DNA of 64,000 bases from positions 4,282,123 through 4,346,122 of the forward strand of contig NW_002060944.1 in the NCBI RefSeq assembly GCF_000150275.1, read 5' to 3'. The translations under genes and the position numbers were made by a program. This DNA comes from Trichoplax adhaerens (lineage: Eukaryota; Animalia; Placozoa). The notes beneath the pieces were generated by a model, which was given only the letters and a program-made list of their open reading frames with translations, had not been told where the DNA came from and ran no database searches. This document shows, one piece after another, positions 14,014 to 27,600 of the stretch; the stretch's first letter is position 1, and the number at the start of each line of letters is the position of its first letter.

Positions 14014-15134
14014 ATGTCGGATCAAAACTCACTGCCAGAAGGCTGGATAACCCGAGAATCACGCAGCACCGGCAAAATATATTACTATAATACTTTAACC
14101 AATCAAAGTCAATGGGAACCACCAACGGATGCATCGGAAGACAAGGTTCGTGCCTCACATCTGCTAGTAAAACATAACGAATCTCGCAGGCCTTCATCAT
14201 GGCGTCAAAATGAAATTACTCGCTCCAAAGATGATGCATTAAAATTGATACAGGGTAAATTTGATTTCAACTAGCCTACAATTATTGCAATCACTTCTTT
14301 AGGCTGTAAAAGTAGAATCAATGACTAGACTAATGCGCTTGATCCTAAAATGATTGTTGATTCTACGCTAGAGTATTGCTGTCTTGTGACAGTTGGCCAA
14401 ATATAGTACAGTAGTATTGAACATTCTGTACTACAATATTGTTGTAGAGTACCGAAAGAAAATCGTAGGCGGTGAGATTACCTTAGGTCAATTGGCGCTC
14501 GAAATGAGTGATTGTAGCAGTGCAAGGAAAGAAGGCGATTTAGGATTCTTTGGTCGAGGTCAGATGCAAAGTAAGTCCCAATATTTCACACTATATTGAA
14601 ATCGTATTAAAAGATTCATTTTCAATCGGATAACTTTTTCTTTTCTTTTACCCGTATGATACGATAGAGCCATTCGAGGATGCAACGTAAGTATGCGAGT
14701 ATTTCGTGCAGTATAGCAGTAAATACTGTTTATCAGTTCAATAATGTAATCCCATACAATTCTTGCATATTGTACAGTATTTGCACTCATAGCATTTAGA
14801 TTCTTTCTTTATCCACCTACAGACATAGAGTGCGGTAGCGCAAAGCTCATGCACTACAGTGATGCCATCAAAGTCTTCTCAATTTTATTAGTTGACCGTT
14901 TTCACTCGCACTCCCCTTGATGGGAAAGCCTAGACTAGACTACTGCTTCATTTTTAGTATTGAATTTCACTAATCAAACTTGATGCAATGAAATAGACTT
15001 GATCTCACAGACTGAAGCGCTTACTCATAGATGTTTTTTCTCGTCCTATGTTTAGGTACGCTTTGCAGATTGGAGAATTGAGTGAACCAGTTTTTACTGA
15101 CTCCGGTATCCATATCATTCTAAGAACGGGATAA
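14014..15134 (+). CDS. PIN1: Peptidyl-prolyl isomerase Pin1 (WW + parvulin domains)
   Basis: Exons 14014-14254, 14448-14570, 14668-14686 and 15056-15134 splice in frame: [65 protein letters not shown]. Confidence 0.97.
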
Positions 15135-16741
15135 GGCCTCTTTTGCAATATTTGCCAGCCTAGTTATAATATGGTATTGCGATATTTTCTATGAAATATT
15201 GTGCAGTAACCTCATGCGAAGCTATGGTCATTTGTAGAGATTTTAGAGTACAGCATGTGCTTTCAGCAATAAATGTAGCTAGTGTATGATCTTACTAACA
15301 GCTTATGAATGACCAAGTCTCAGCGAGTCATTTCGAACGCTGTTGTAGCAATAAATGCCGGAGTGCATCAACAGTGATCGTGCTTGATTTTGAGTGGACG
15401 CTCTTTGTATGTACATTTATGATGCTAGCACTGATGTGCAAGATTACATTTTTATACAGCTAATAACTTGATATTGTTATGACTCCGTTTTGGAAAAACT
15501 TTTTTAACACACTGAACCCGGTTTTCATTTAGCAAATATACCTGGTTATACCCACTTTCGAATGTGGCCGAATTGGAAACCATCATAACATATCATTGTT
15601 TCTGAGTTTATAAATTTTTAGTACACGAATGAATTACTTTGCATAGTAGTCAATTTTCCCTAAATGCTACATGCTCGCTGATAGTAAAACGTAGTGCTAC
15701 AATATCTTGATTAAATTTGCTTACCGTTGTTATCAGTGAAATGAATTCAACTTTGTCATAATTGAAGTCCTTGCTCACTAAGTCTAAGAGTAGCATATTT
15801 ATTTATAAAATTAATTACTGTCCTCTGGTATGAAAATATTGTTACAATAAAGTTTTGATTATATCTTCACAAGCGATGCTTCATTATTTTTTGTATTCAA
15901 GTTAAAAATTAAGATCGAAAAGGGCATTAAGTATATCAAGGCACTTTTTGCGCTGTCAACATGCTATCTTCTGATTTTCAGCAATTTTTGGACAAGGTCA
16001 TACCGGAAAGATCATTATACCATGGATCTTTCATGATTTCTTAACAGTAGATTAGCATTTTCATAATTATACAGATGCTAATTTAGTAGACTGTCATATT
16101 ATTGCATAAAACGAGCGCATATCCAGTAATTCAGTTGGACATTATCGTTGATCCAGTCGAAGCTAAATGCATTAGCTTGTAGATCTTGTAAAGGTATACG
16201 CAGACATTAACAACATGGTTGCAATCGTTTTAGAGATTACGATCTTACGTGTTTGCTTTCAATTGTCGAGACGAATCAAATTATTGACATTTTAGGTACG
16301 TAAATAAATGCAATTCTAGAATGTAACTGATAGTGACATACTGTATACTACTTTAAACGAATAGACGCAAAGTATGGCGTAACTACAGTACAGTAAAGCA
16401 GGGAGGGGTATTTTAAACCTGGTGATTGTATTAACATTAAAGACGCAATAAAGTGTCAATTAATTACATAATTTACGATTTAATAGATTATTTTCCGTCT
16501 TTCATTTATAGCAACTATATTAGTTGCACGAAATACAGTATATGGTATATACGAAATGAATAAAACATTAAAAATTCTAGATGTTTACTGAAAACATATG
16601 ATAGCCGGAATATGTGGCATCGCCGCCCCTTATCTCAGCTGTGATAATAATTTACATTTTCATTATATTACATAAACTAGCTCGCACTTTATAGACTTTT
16701 CATTACAAATTGATCCAAAGTCAGGTTATCAATAACTTGAG

Positions 16742-18551
16742 TTATTCGTCTTCAGTACTGTTTTCCTTTAATTCGGTATCTTCTTCAACACTGTTCTCTT
16801 TTACGCTGGTTTCTTCAATATTTTCATCTACGTCGTCTTCCTCCTCTTCCTCTTCCTCTTCATCATCATCATCATCATCATCGTCATCATCATCATCATC
16901 ATTATCATTATCATCGTCATCATCATCATTATTATCATTATTATCATCATCCTCATCAGCTTCCTTTTCGTCTAAGATGAAGATATTTAACCATATTCGT
17001 AAGATCAGGTAATGATAATTAATCAGAATTCGAAGTTGATAGCTAATATACTGTATTAAGTAGGCTGTGAATTAACCTTGGTCCTCTGCTTTTGATATCT
17101 CTTTCATACGCTTTTTATCCGCAGCCGCCTCCTTTTTCCCTTTCTGCTCCTTTCTGAAAACTTTAGTTATGTAGAAACTTAGCACATTGCTTGTTCATTT
17201 TAATATTGTCAGTATTTAGTAACACGAATACTTTTTCAAAATTTGTATGTGCTTATTCAGTCCGACCTTCAAATGCAAGCTATCATAACAAGAACTTATC
17301 AAGATGCGTCTTTATTTCTAACCTTCTAGATATTCTCTCAATTTAGGAATAAACTCTTCAAATTCCATGTCTTCCAGAGCTGCGAAGATATCAGGAGCCC
17401 CAAGGGTCTTTCGCTTGGCTTTTAAAGCAAAGTTATTCGCACTATCGGTAGAGTCATTCGTTAAGGGTAGGTAACCCGATGAACTCACATTACAATAACG
17501 ATATCAATACCGACAAAGAGCAACTTCATCCTGATATTTCATAAACGATTTTGACTTAATAACTCGCTCATCAGCTATATTAATACTAAGCATATTGAAC
17601 TAAACATAGGAACAAAAATCTATCAAGTTTGTTTGATATCGGTGATATTCTTGACATGTAAATTTACTGTGTAATAGATCTAGATTCTTTTCCTTTACAT
17701 TACCGCAATTATGTCGAAAAGCTAGCACAGGCAAGTTTATACCGTACATCGAAATTATGGTGTAGTCACAACGTTATTGTATCTGCTAGTGATACTTTAC
17801 TACCGTAAGTCCTAAGTCCAGATACAATTACCATATCCAGTATAGGCACTCACTTCATCAAGTGAAATATACATCAATTCCAGGTTTACCTTTGTATCTA
17901 GTTTATCTACTAATGCAGTAACGGTAGCAGATTTACAAACAACACTGAACGACTCTATTCTACAGAATAGATAGATTTACTAAGGAAATAATTAATTTGC
18001 GCTTCATGACAAACTAAAACTATGCATTAAAACGAATGGAGTACAATAGTTCAGTAATAACGTACAATATCATCAGCATCAATACAAATCTGTGACGTTC
18101 ATATTTGGATTTATGCAAGGATACCATGATGTTGCATATAATATAAAAATGCTTGCCGCTTTGGAGACAGAAATACGTGCTTCTTTGGAGACATTAACAC
18201 CATCCGGTAACTGTAAAGAGGAGGAAAGATATTCCATTTTCAAGATGAGCATAATCCATTACGATTACTCCCTTCTATAAACATAGATACTGAATAAACT
18301 GCAGGTGATAAGTGACATTTCATTCACCCTTTCATGGCAGAGCAAATTGAGCTATACTGTATATCATTTAGAAGATTTCATGGATAGCTGTAATGTATTA
18401 CAGTATATACTGCATGTGTAGTTTTATCTTCCAAGTACAGCCATACCAAAAAGTACTTCTCTATCATATGGTCAGTAAAGCTTACCGAATCTTTGATAAT
18501 TCGAGTTATGACTGCAATAGGTAAATTCAGGTCTTCCGGACGCTCTACCAT
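16742..18551 (-). CDS. POLE3: DNA polymerase epsilon subunit 3 / CHRAC17 (histone fold with long acidic tail)
   Basis: Exons 18551-18486, 18210-18125, 17441-17323, 17160-17077 and 16971-16742 give [65 protein letters not shown], followed by a D/E/N-rich tail. Confidence 0.93.
16830..16960 (-). repeat. Coding (GAT/AAT/GAA/GAG)n trinucleotide run encoding the POLE3 acidic tail
   Basis: (TCA/TTA/TCT/TCC)n on the + strand, in frame in the last POLE3 exon. Confidence 0.85.
17442..18124 (-). other. U12-type GT-AG intron in POLE3
   Basis: Donor GTATCCTTG; branch CCCTTAAC ~20 nt before the TAG acceptor; no polypyrimidine tract. Its removal restores ATSC-ANNF. Confidence 0.88.
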
Positions 18552-19502
18552 GTTTTCTGATTTTTATAAAGCTAAAGGACAAAAGAATACAGTAAAATAA
18601 GTAAGATTTGACCAACCATAGGGTTTAATCATGCCATGTTTGATATTCTACTTGTAGAATTCAATTGTTGCAACAGTTAGGTAGGTAAGTCCCTCATACT
18701 GTACTGCATAGGTATATTAGAAGCGTAGGCAACTTGAACTTTACTGTACAATGCACCTAACTATCTACTGCATGTCCAATATCCATTGTACACTCAATGC
18801 AAAACCATAGAAAGATTACGGACATATTTATGGCCTCCAATTCAAACACCTTTGAAGCACAGTAGTGTGCTTTGACTTTATGGCAACCTATGGAAAGAAA
18901 CTACTGTAGGTATTGAGTACTATCAGTACAAAAGTAGAACGAAGTATGGAAGGTTTCTTTGAAGAAATGAGTCCATGCCCTGTCCTAGCGATATTGCACC
19001 ATTGAAGAAAGTTTACCAAGGCAAATTGCATGATATGGGTTGTATTTTTTAGGGCTACAATACTACTACATTGAAGAGCTACGGTGGTGCAAATTGCAGG
19101 CATAGAACTGTACTGTATCTATCCAGGAACTTTATCCCTACTAGAACCATCATTGGAGATTGACTGTAACATGGGCTACTAGAAAGGTTTTAGGAAGGCC
19201 CTAAACTGTCATCACTACCAACAGTAAAATAAACTGATTGAATGATAACAAATGATTATTATTTTGAACTCTAGTTTACAATCGAAATTTCCATGATTTA
19301 AAGATATTCTAGGAATAAAATGAGAACAAACTTTGAAAGTAAGTCTTAAAATAGCAATGTTGAATGCTTTATACCGTCAAATAACGCGAGAAAGGTTCCA
19401 CTTGATGCCTTGATAGCGACCACTTTAGCCTAAGTTCACCGTGTAAGCTGAGATTTTACGCGCGCTCTTTATGAAATGAGCATGTCGGATGCGGTGGTCT
19501 TG

Positions 19503-19720
19503 GACTACAGTACTGCAGTTGATACTGTATCAGTGGACTACAATACGATGCACTGTAATTTGTACTGTAGTGTATTGTACAGTGTACTGTACTGTACACT
19601 GTACTGTATTACCGTGCAGTACTAAAAACTTGCGGCCTTTGTTGTTTGCATCATACCGTACAGTACCGTATCTTTTTTATCTCTCGACAAGTTGACTTTA
19701 TTGAAGGTACGTACTGCAGT
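19503..19720. promoter_or_regulatory. (GTACN)n cluster in the POLE3/CSNK2B bidirectional promoter
   Basis: GTACAGTGTACTGTACTGTACACTGTACTGTA and TACCGTACAGTACCGTA lie between the divergent genes. The role is inferred. Confidence 0.6.
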
Positions 19721-21431
19721 ATGAGTATCAATCGAACTCTGTATGCTGTCACTAGCTGTAACCACGTAACTATGGTTGACCTCGATGTAGCAAAAGTAAA
19801 ACCACTAAGACGTTCCATTCACATATGAAAGTACAAGGGAATACTACGCCAATTCAAGCGTGCATGAGCTTTCCTATCACGGTACTTCAACACCACTGTA
19901 GGCTCACTCTCTTTTTTCTCACTCCTGTGCTTCACATCCAACAGCGGTGACGTTCCAGTCCTGTACCACCAACTGATACAAGTCGTTGTCGCTGCTTCTC
20001 TTTATATAGTCACACTATTAGCCAGTCTGTCACTGTATGATAGTGCCTAGCAGCGTTGGCCATATTTCATTTTGGACTCTTCTATCCTTTATTTCGAAAT
20101 TGTCATCCTTGCCAGGTAAATTGATTAATTCTACCATTCCAATTGAATGCATCACTTTATACAAGAGGAATACAGACTAACAGCTAGAGTAAAATGTTGA
20201 ACCACAGTCATGTACAGTACAGTTAGCGATCTTCCATAAAGTCGCAACCTACAGTATAAAATCATAGTAACGATGGCTCCGTCGGACGCTCGCCTATCAA
20301 CCGGTACAGAGAAGTCAATGTCATCCATCACAATATTAGTGGAGAGGGCAGCCATTATTGGATTGGTACCTAGATAGTCGATAGAAAGGAAAATCATAAC
20401 AGTATGGCTCTAACGAAATTACCATGGTCAACGATAGACGCTTTAGGATGTGGAAAAACAGCATTGACAAGATAAATTGACATTCAATTTCGATGTTACA
20501 CAAGACATCGAAACGTCCATATCATCCTATACACTGACTGGATAGCCACTACAGTACCATACGGTAGTAACGTTACTCTTTCATATCGTTGCCATGTCAC
20601 ACACCGTGCAAGAATCCCGATCAATTTTAGGATACGTTTGAATGTCGTAATGCAATCAATCCTACTTGGACTATTTCGACAACCATACAGGCATTTTGCA
20701 ACCTTTACATTTTCACTGACTTGACCCTTCTGTACATATCATATCCAAGCATGGAACTAGTGGAAAGTCAAAGTGGTGCATGACAAACTACTAGGCGCAA
20801 ACAACTGAGATTTTCTCAGTATAGTGGAGAATTTGCAGCTATTACAAGATTATTTTCCAAGGGAACGGGGGGTTACCAATGGCCAGAAGAGACTTTACCC
20901 GTATACTGCTATAGTATATACACTCACACAAGCCTTCACTACTGATTTTGAACGCTGATATGTTGTTGTTTTGACTTATTTTACCTTAATAAATGGTATA
21001 CTGTATGGTTAATTTTCATTTGAAGCAGGAAAAATCATCTCTGCACTATCATTAGACGATAAAGTACGTCATCAATTTGGAACTTAGTCAACAAGTTCGT
21101 GGCTACAATTGACATTATAGTGTGAAAATGAGTTTCCATTTCTTGATGTAAATGGAACTCTCTTGCGCTGAATGCACTATTGCCGTATAAATGAATAACC
21201 CTTTGAAGTAGAAAACTTACTTTATATATATATATATATATATACTATACTTTAATTCACGCATATCAAACACAACGTATTTCAAATTCAACTAACTCTA
21301 TGCTTTCCGAATAATCTACTCATTTGCCCGCGATATTTTGGGGGCTGACGTTAATATACTGTACTTTACTTTGCTGATATATCATGTTAAATTCATTTTA
21401 TTGTCAAACTGAAACTTATAGGCAATAGGTA

Positions 21432-23165
21432 ATGAGTAGCTCGGAAGAAGTATCTTGGATATCTTGGTTTTGCGGACTACGTGGTAATGAATTTTTTTGC
21501 GAGGTAAGGCATTTCATACTTGCTAGATCGTAATAGAAAAAAACACTGTACAGGTGCATTGGGGGCTCTTTTAAATTATCACAGATACCGTTATAAACAA
21601 CCATAGTGGCATTTCCAGTTGTACGTAATAGTGTTGACCTACACGTCAACCGATCAACGCTGATTTGTATTAATTATAAATAATAGTGATCTTATACTGA
21701 TGTATATCATGATAGAAGCCAACCTTCAACACTAACACTGCCATGGGTGCAATCCACTTTTTTTTACTGTTAATAAGGATGACTAGTACATGCTGGTTGC
21801 GTCATGATCAATCATTATACTGTAGTATGCAACTAATAAGTAGTTTACTTACTTGATATCATTTTGTATTAAATTTATCATACAAGCGATCAAGGAGATA
21901 CACGCAGCGCTGCATTTATCTTGTCAATCTTTCTACTTAGCGGAAACTCTTTATATGCACTTTCTTAATGCACTATTTAGGTAGATGAAGACTATATTCA
22001 AGATAAATTTAACTTAACTGGTCTAAGTGAGCAAGTCCCTCATTACAGACAAGCTCAGGATATGATATTAGACTTAGAACCAGGTAATTCACTATTATAG
22101 ATTCGGCATATACTATACAAGTTAAAGTCACTGATTGCTTTGAAATTACTAAAGTTATTACCCTTTGGTGATAATCAGATGATGACCTAGAAGATAATCC
22201 TGCTCAAAGTGAAGTGATTGAACAAGCTGCTGAAGTGCTCTATGGCTTAATTCATGCCAGATATATTATGACAAATCGCGGTTTAGCTCAAATGGTAAGC
22301 AATAATTACCATTAATTTTAACTTGTAAATCATTAGAATACAGTAAAGCAGCTACAGTATATTACAGTGCGGCGCTAGTAAAGGTAGCCAAGCCAATACC
22401 TTTAGCAACAGATAACTCGTAAATGTATGAGTTCGTATACCACAGTAACAAGGAAATCTTGCTAATCCTGCACAATTTTTGTTTTACCTGGGTGAGCAGC
22501 TTGAAAAATATCAACAAGGTGATTTTGGTCATTGTAGTCGTGTTTATTGTGAGAATCAGCCCATGTTACCTGTGGGATTATCGGATATTCCTGGGGAATC
22601 AATGTTGAAGTTATACTGCCCTAAATGCCAAGACGTCTACACACCGAAATCATCACGCTATCATCGTATCCTTTTTATGCTATTTACCGTATGTGTTGGT
22701 TAAAGACTTAATCACGCATTCAGGTTTATAATTCCCATAGTGAGCTTTGTTAAAAGCGATTCTCAACATTTCATTAGTTAGTTTCCCTAATTGCTTTTAA
22801 CAGATATTGATGGTGCTTACTTCGGTACCAGTTTTCCCCATATGCTATTTATGGTACATCCAGAATATCGACCGAAACGAAGCAATACCCAATATGTACC
22901 AAGGTAAATGATTTTACTCCCCTGTTGTCACTTAACAAACAAGGAATAAAATGCTGTTATATACCTCCGTGTCAATAAGAATTATAAACTTTTTTAATCG
23001 CATTATTCAATTTTTAGGATATTTGGATTCAAAATTCATCCAACTGCTTATCAGTTACAGTATCAAGCAGCGGCACGTAGCCGTAGCCAACAAGTTTCTT
23101 TATCTCAGGGACAGCCACGTACAACCAGTGGAAGTAAACCTGGATCGGCCATCCTTCACAAGTAG
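21432..23165 (+). CDS. CSNK2B: Casein kinase II regulatory subunit beta
   Basis: Exons 21432-21503, 21981-22083, 22179-22294, 22500-22665, 22804-22903 and 23018-23165 encode [52 protein letters not shown] and [15 protein letters not shown] probable non-coding first exon ends near 20115 (CCAG|GTAAAT). Confidence 0.98.
22666..22803 (+). other. U12-type GT-AG intron in CSNK2B
   Basis: Donor GTATCCTTTT; branch-like TTTCCCTAAT ~13 nt before the CAG acceptor. Its removal restores RYHH-IDGAYFG. Confidence 0.85.
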
Positions 23166-24603
23166 CATCGATGTCTGCATTATAATTTAGTAATGAAATG
23201 GCTATTAAATTGTTCTCTGTAGATTTATTACATGCTATTGCATTTATTTTACATCATCAACTTTAAAATTGTTTATTGACCACCTTCTATTACGCGTTAA
23301 TGTTAGCTTTTGTCATTCAAGTTGATTCTTTGTACAGAATATATTGTTGTACTGCATAAGCGGTCTACGTTGGAGATACCGTGCATGTATTAGTCAAATT
23401 TGAGAGCATGGAACTGATCGATTTAAGTCTCCATAAACGTTGATCATTTTCAGATTTGTGGATGCAGTATAGAAGGACTTTCGTGATTTGTTGCTATATG
23501 TCGAAGTAAGACGTTTTGATATGGTCTGAATTTATTAATCCCAATTTTCTGGCTCAACCCTCATACTGATACTCGATATTATTGTTGCATATCATTACCC
23601 TGTTGGATTACTGTAAACTTGCGTTAGAGGAAGATATCTTGCATTAAATTTCAAAGTATTTAATCATGACGACTTTGTTAGTAGTAACTGTTTGAAATTG
23701 CCTAATATTACTTACCAAATACTTAGGTATGAATATAAGAATTGCATAAAACGATAATTTAGATACTGTTACAAATCGATTTCGCTTAATACCACAGTCA
23801 TTCGAGCATCGTCAACCTGAATTGATTTAACTAGAAACACGTACTTGCGATGACATTACGTTATTGTACTTCTCCTGTCATAGGCATGCATATTTTGTTA
23901 GATATACCCAATTGCCTAGCGTAAAAGCAAGTGTAGCGTGTTTGCAGTTATCTTTCCCCCGGTATAGTATTGTCCAATAAAATATTGAAAAAATACCTTT
24001 CCTTTGGGTATGTGCTTGCACCAAACATTGCAAACTTGTATAAGTAGTAACATAACCAATGTATTGTACTCTAAGTTAGACTAGGAACTTCTTTTGAGTC
24101 ATGCACTGTAACTTCCAGGAAATTATTTTCGTCTAATAACAATCTAATACATAAGACTAGCATTGAAAGTTGGATTTAAGGCTGAAAATTGAAAGAATTT
24201 TATTCATCGTTATTTATGATCCACATTACGTAACTAATAGGAATACAGTAATTCTCATCAAGCTATTACAGTGCAAATATGATGATAATCATATCGATAT
24301 TAATACGAATATCCTTGGCCAAGCAGCTGTATAGACTGAAAAGTATCGTAGAAGGAGAACAGAATATTTTAATTTAATTTAAAACCAAAACTTAAAAAGA
24401 GTTTGATGCGATAGCCTTCGATTAATATATTATAATTATACTATATTCGTATAGCATCTTCAGGTACTTACAAAGCATGAAGGGAAAAGAATATGTTGAA
24501 AACTAAAGAAAAAACTTGTGGACATTCAGTTACCCACAATCTAATCATCACGTATTTAATGATAACCCTAACATTGAATCTAGAGATATCATACAGAACA
24601 TAA

Positions 24604-27600
24604 TTACGTCGCAAATATTCGGATTTTTCGTATGATCAGCTGTCGACATATTGGACAGTGAGTCATTGCTTCAGCACACTTTAAACAGGTACATACATGG
24701 CCACAATCCAGAAACACAACATTTGCCTACAAAACAATAGTTTACGACTTAATAAAAGAACTTTACTCTATGGCTGTCGAAGTTTTATCAAATACGGGAA
24801 ATTACCGGTGCATCCATGCAAATCGAACATTCTGCGCTCAAATCAGATGTTGCTGTAGGAGTTGCATATGAAGACCCAGACTACCAGGAAAATTATTTCA
24901 ATGAGCATTATTCAGTTACAGAAGTATTAATGCATGTATCCACAAATTAGCAAACAAAAAATAATCTCAACTTTGGTTGGTGTTGAGGTCTTGTTCGTGG
25001 AAGTATTTGATAAGTAATAACGTCGTATAGTTGCTAAAATGCTCATACGCGCTCCAACTTGAGTAACTCCAATCTAAAATACGACATGACATTATTGTCC
25101 GCTTTAGACTCTACTTTACTCGCAAATATTAAGTAATTGATAACATAAAAAGCGATTATAAAAAATTAATTCTCTTAGCGAATGACAGTGATAGAAAGAG
25201 AATCTAAAGTTGCAATGCAGTACTTGGCGGAGACGTTCATCGTCCATATCTGGTAGTTCACTGGCTCTAACTTTATGGCGCGCAAACATTACTTCCATAT
25301 CAAGAGCTCCAGCCTTCTCAAGAACAATAACAACATCGTCATCGAGTTCATGTTCCTAATGTTTAGAATCAATTAAAATTTGTCAATGTACGACGACAAA
25401 AATAATATCAAGTTCATAAAAATTACTGAAATACCATCTCTATTAAGATTTTAGGTTTTTCATCTAATAGCCGCTGATACTGAATTAGCCAGTAATCCTT
25501 AATTTCATTATCACGTCTTTGTTCCATTTCAGTCTGTTAAGTAATAGTTGCAAAATTAATCCTCAATATTTAGTAAAGGAGTGACTTACATTGTAAGCAA
25601 TTTCAAAACAACTCAGATAGAAGGCTTACTAGTCTATTCTTTAGTTCGTCTTGGCGTCTTGCTTGCTCTTCAGTTAGCTGTTTTAGCAAAGCAGCCGTTT
25701 CTTCCCTTTTAAGAGCTAGAGAGATCTATCATAATTTTATACAACACTTATATTATAAAAAGGAATTGTATTTAAAATCAGATAGCTTATTCCAAATATT
25801 ATGGAGAGTATGGTACATACTGTTTCTGTATCTTGTCGATTTCCTCTTTTATTGGCCTCTTCTATTGATAATGTAGTCAACTCGTTTTCTAATCGCATGA
25901 TCTGTTACCGCGAACATTGATTAGAAGAAGCTACGAGTACCTACACCTTAGATACAATCTCAAATTATACATACTTCACCAGCTAGACGACTATTCTGAG
26001 CATCCTTGCTAAATAGTAGAGCCTGAAACGCCATTACTTGCATTGTTTCCTTTCGGAATTGCCACAATAAGAACGTGTTATTCGCACAAAACAATTACAA
26101 CGTGAATGTGAAGATATCTAATTACTTATGAATATAAGTGTACTTTAAAATAGTTATTAGAAAGCTAGTACAGAATAGTTGTAGCCTTACTTCGTTGGCA
26201 ATATGTTGAATCATGGCCGATTTTCCTTGGCTTTGCGATGCTATTAAGGATCCGATTTTCTCATCATCTGTAACAGAACTTTAGTACAAAAAAGAATTTA
26301 TAACATTTTATCTATGAGCCCTGATTTTTAAATTTAGAAAAGTAAGCACCTTTCTAATGCTTTACGAGTACTGATATCCTTATTGGACTCATAATCTTTT
26401 CTTATCATTTCTAAGGTTCGTTGTTCTCGCAATAGTTTATTCATGGTGGCTATAAAGTGAAAAATATATTTTCAAAATCCGACTATTCAATGAATTTAAT
26501 AATGCTATAAGATTGTTATGTATAACTTAAATATTAAAAATCCATAAAAGAATTACTATAAAATTAGGTTATTATAACTAAAATGTTTCTGGTTTAATTG
26601 AGCAGATTTTGCTAATCATTACAATATACGAATTTACTGACACAAGTGCGTATATTACCTAAGACTTCCTGCTTTCTTAGTTTTTCCTCCTCTTCAACAG
26701 TTACCTTTACAAGTTTTTCAATGGCATTTCTAGACATTTAATATTTTAAAATAACGTATTAAAAACCTTATCATTAATCTATATGATACACTAAGAGTGA
26801 TCCAATTAAAAATTGATTACCTTTCCTCCTCAAAGCTTTTCAGTATATTTTCCTTGTTACGTAACCTGAAAAATGATTATTTATACATCAGCATGAATAT
26901 CAAATATCTTAACTTCACTTTGTAAATATACTGTATATACTTATTCTATCAATACTATACCTTTCGTTCGTTTCTAATATACTTGCTACAGCTTGAGAGG
27001 AATGGTGCTCCTCTGGGATAAGCAATACAAATTTATAAATATTACAAGTAGAATTTAAATACATACCGATCTAAATTACAAACTGTAAAATATTTATTTA
27101 CCCGTTTGTAACCGGTCAACTAAACCCTTTTTTAATTGCGTCTGCTTTGATTGTTCAAATTTTAATTTACCCTCTATATCAGCGTTCTCCTATTTACAAA
27201 TCATGAAAGAATCTATGATTACTGAATTTAAATAAGTTATAAATAATTTCGTGCAAATGCTGGCTACAGATCACTACTTTAAGGAGAATTCTGGTTTATT
27301 TTTTCTTAGGAACTTACGCGTGCTAGAGTATTTACTAAGCTTTCCTGAGACTTTTTTACTTTTGCAGCTAAATTGGATTGTTCTTGCTGAGATTCTAAAA
27401 ATTGTCTCTCGATTTCTAATCTTTCTTGACGTTTCTTTTCCTAATAGAGTCGAAATGTCAAATACAAGTGTTCATTCATTCGAGAATTATTTGTAGCTTG
27501 TATCACTAATAATACGATTCTGCATACTTGTTCTTTCTCATAGAGTTTCCAAGCGCCCTAAAATAAATTTGATAAGTCACACCTTTTCTTTATGCTTGAA

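Noticed and set aside
16710-17012. Poly-Ser ORF on the + strand
   Set aside because: It is the antisense reading of the POLE3 acidic-tail exon.
19489-19695. Cys/Thr/Val/Tyr-rich ORFs here and at 32305-32517
   Set aside because: They arise from translating the (GTACN)n clusters.
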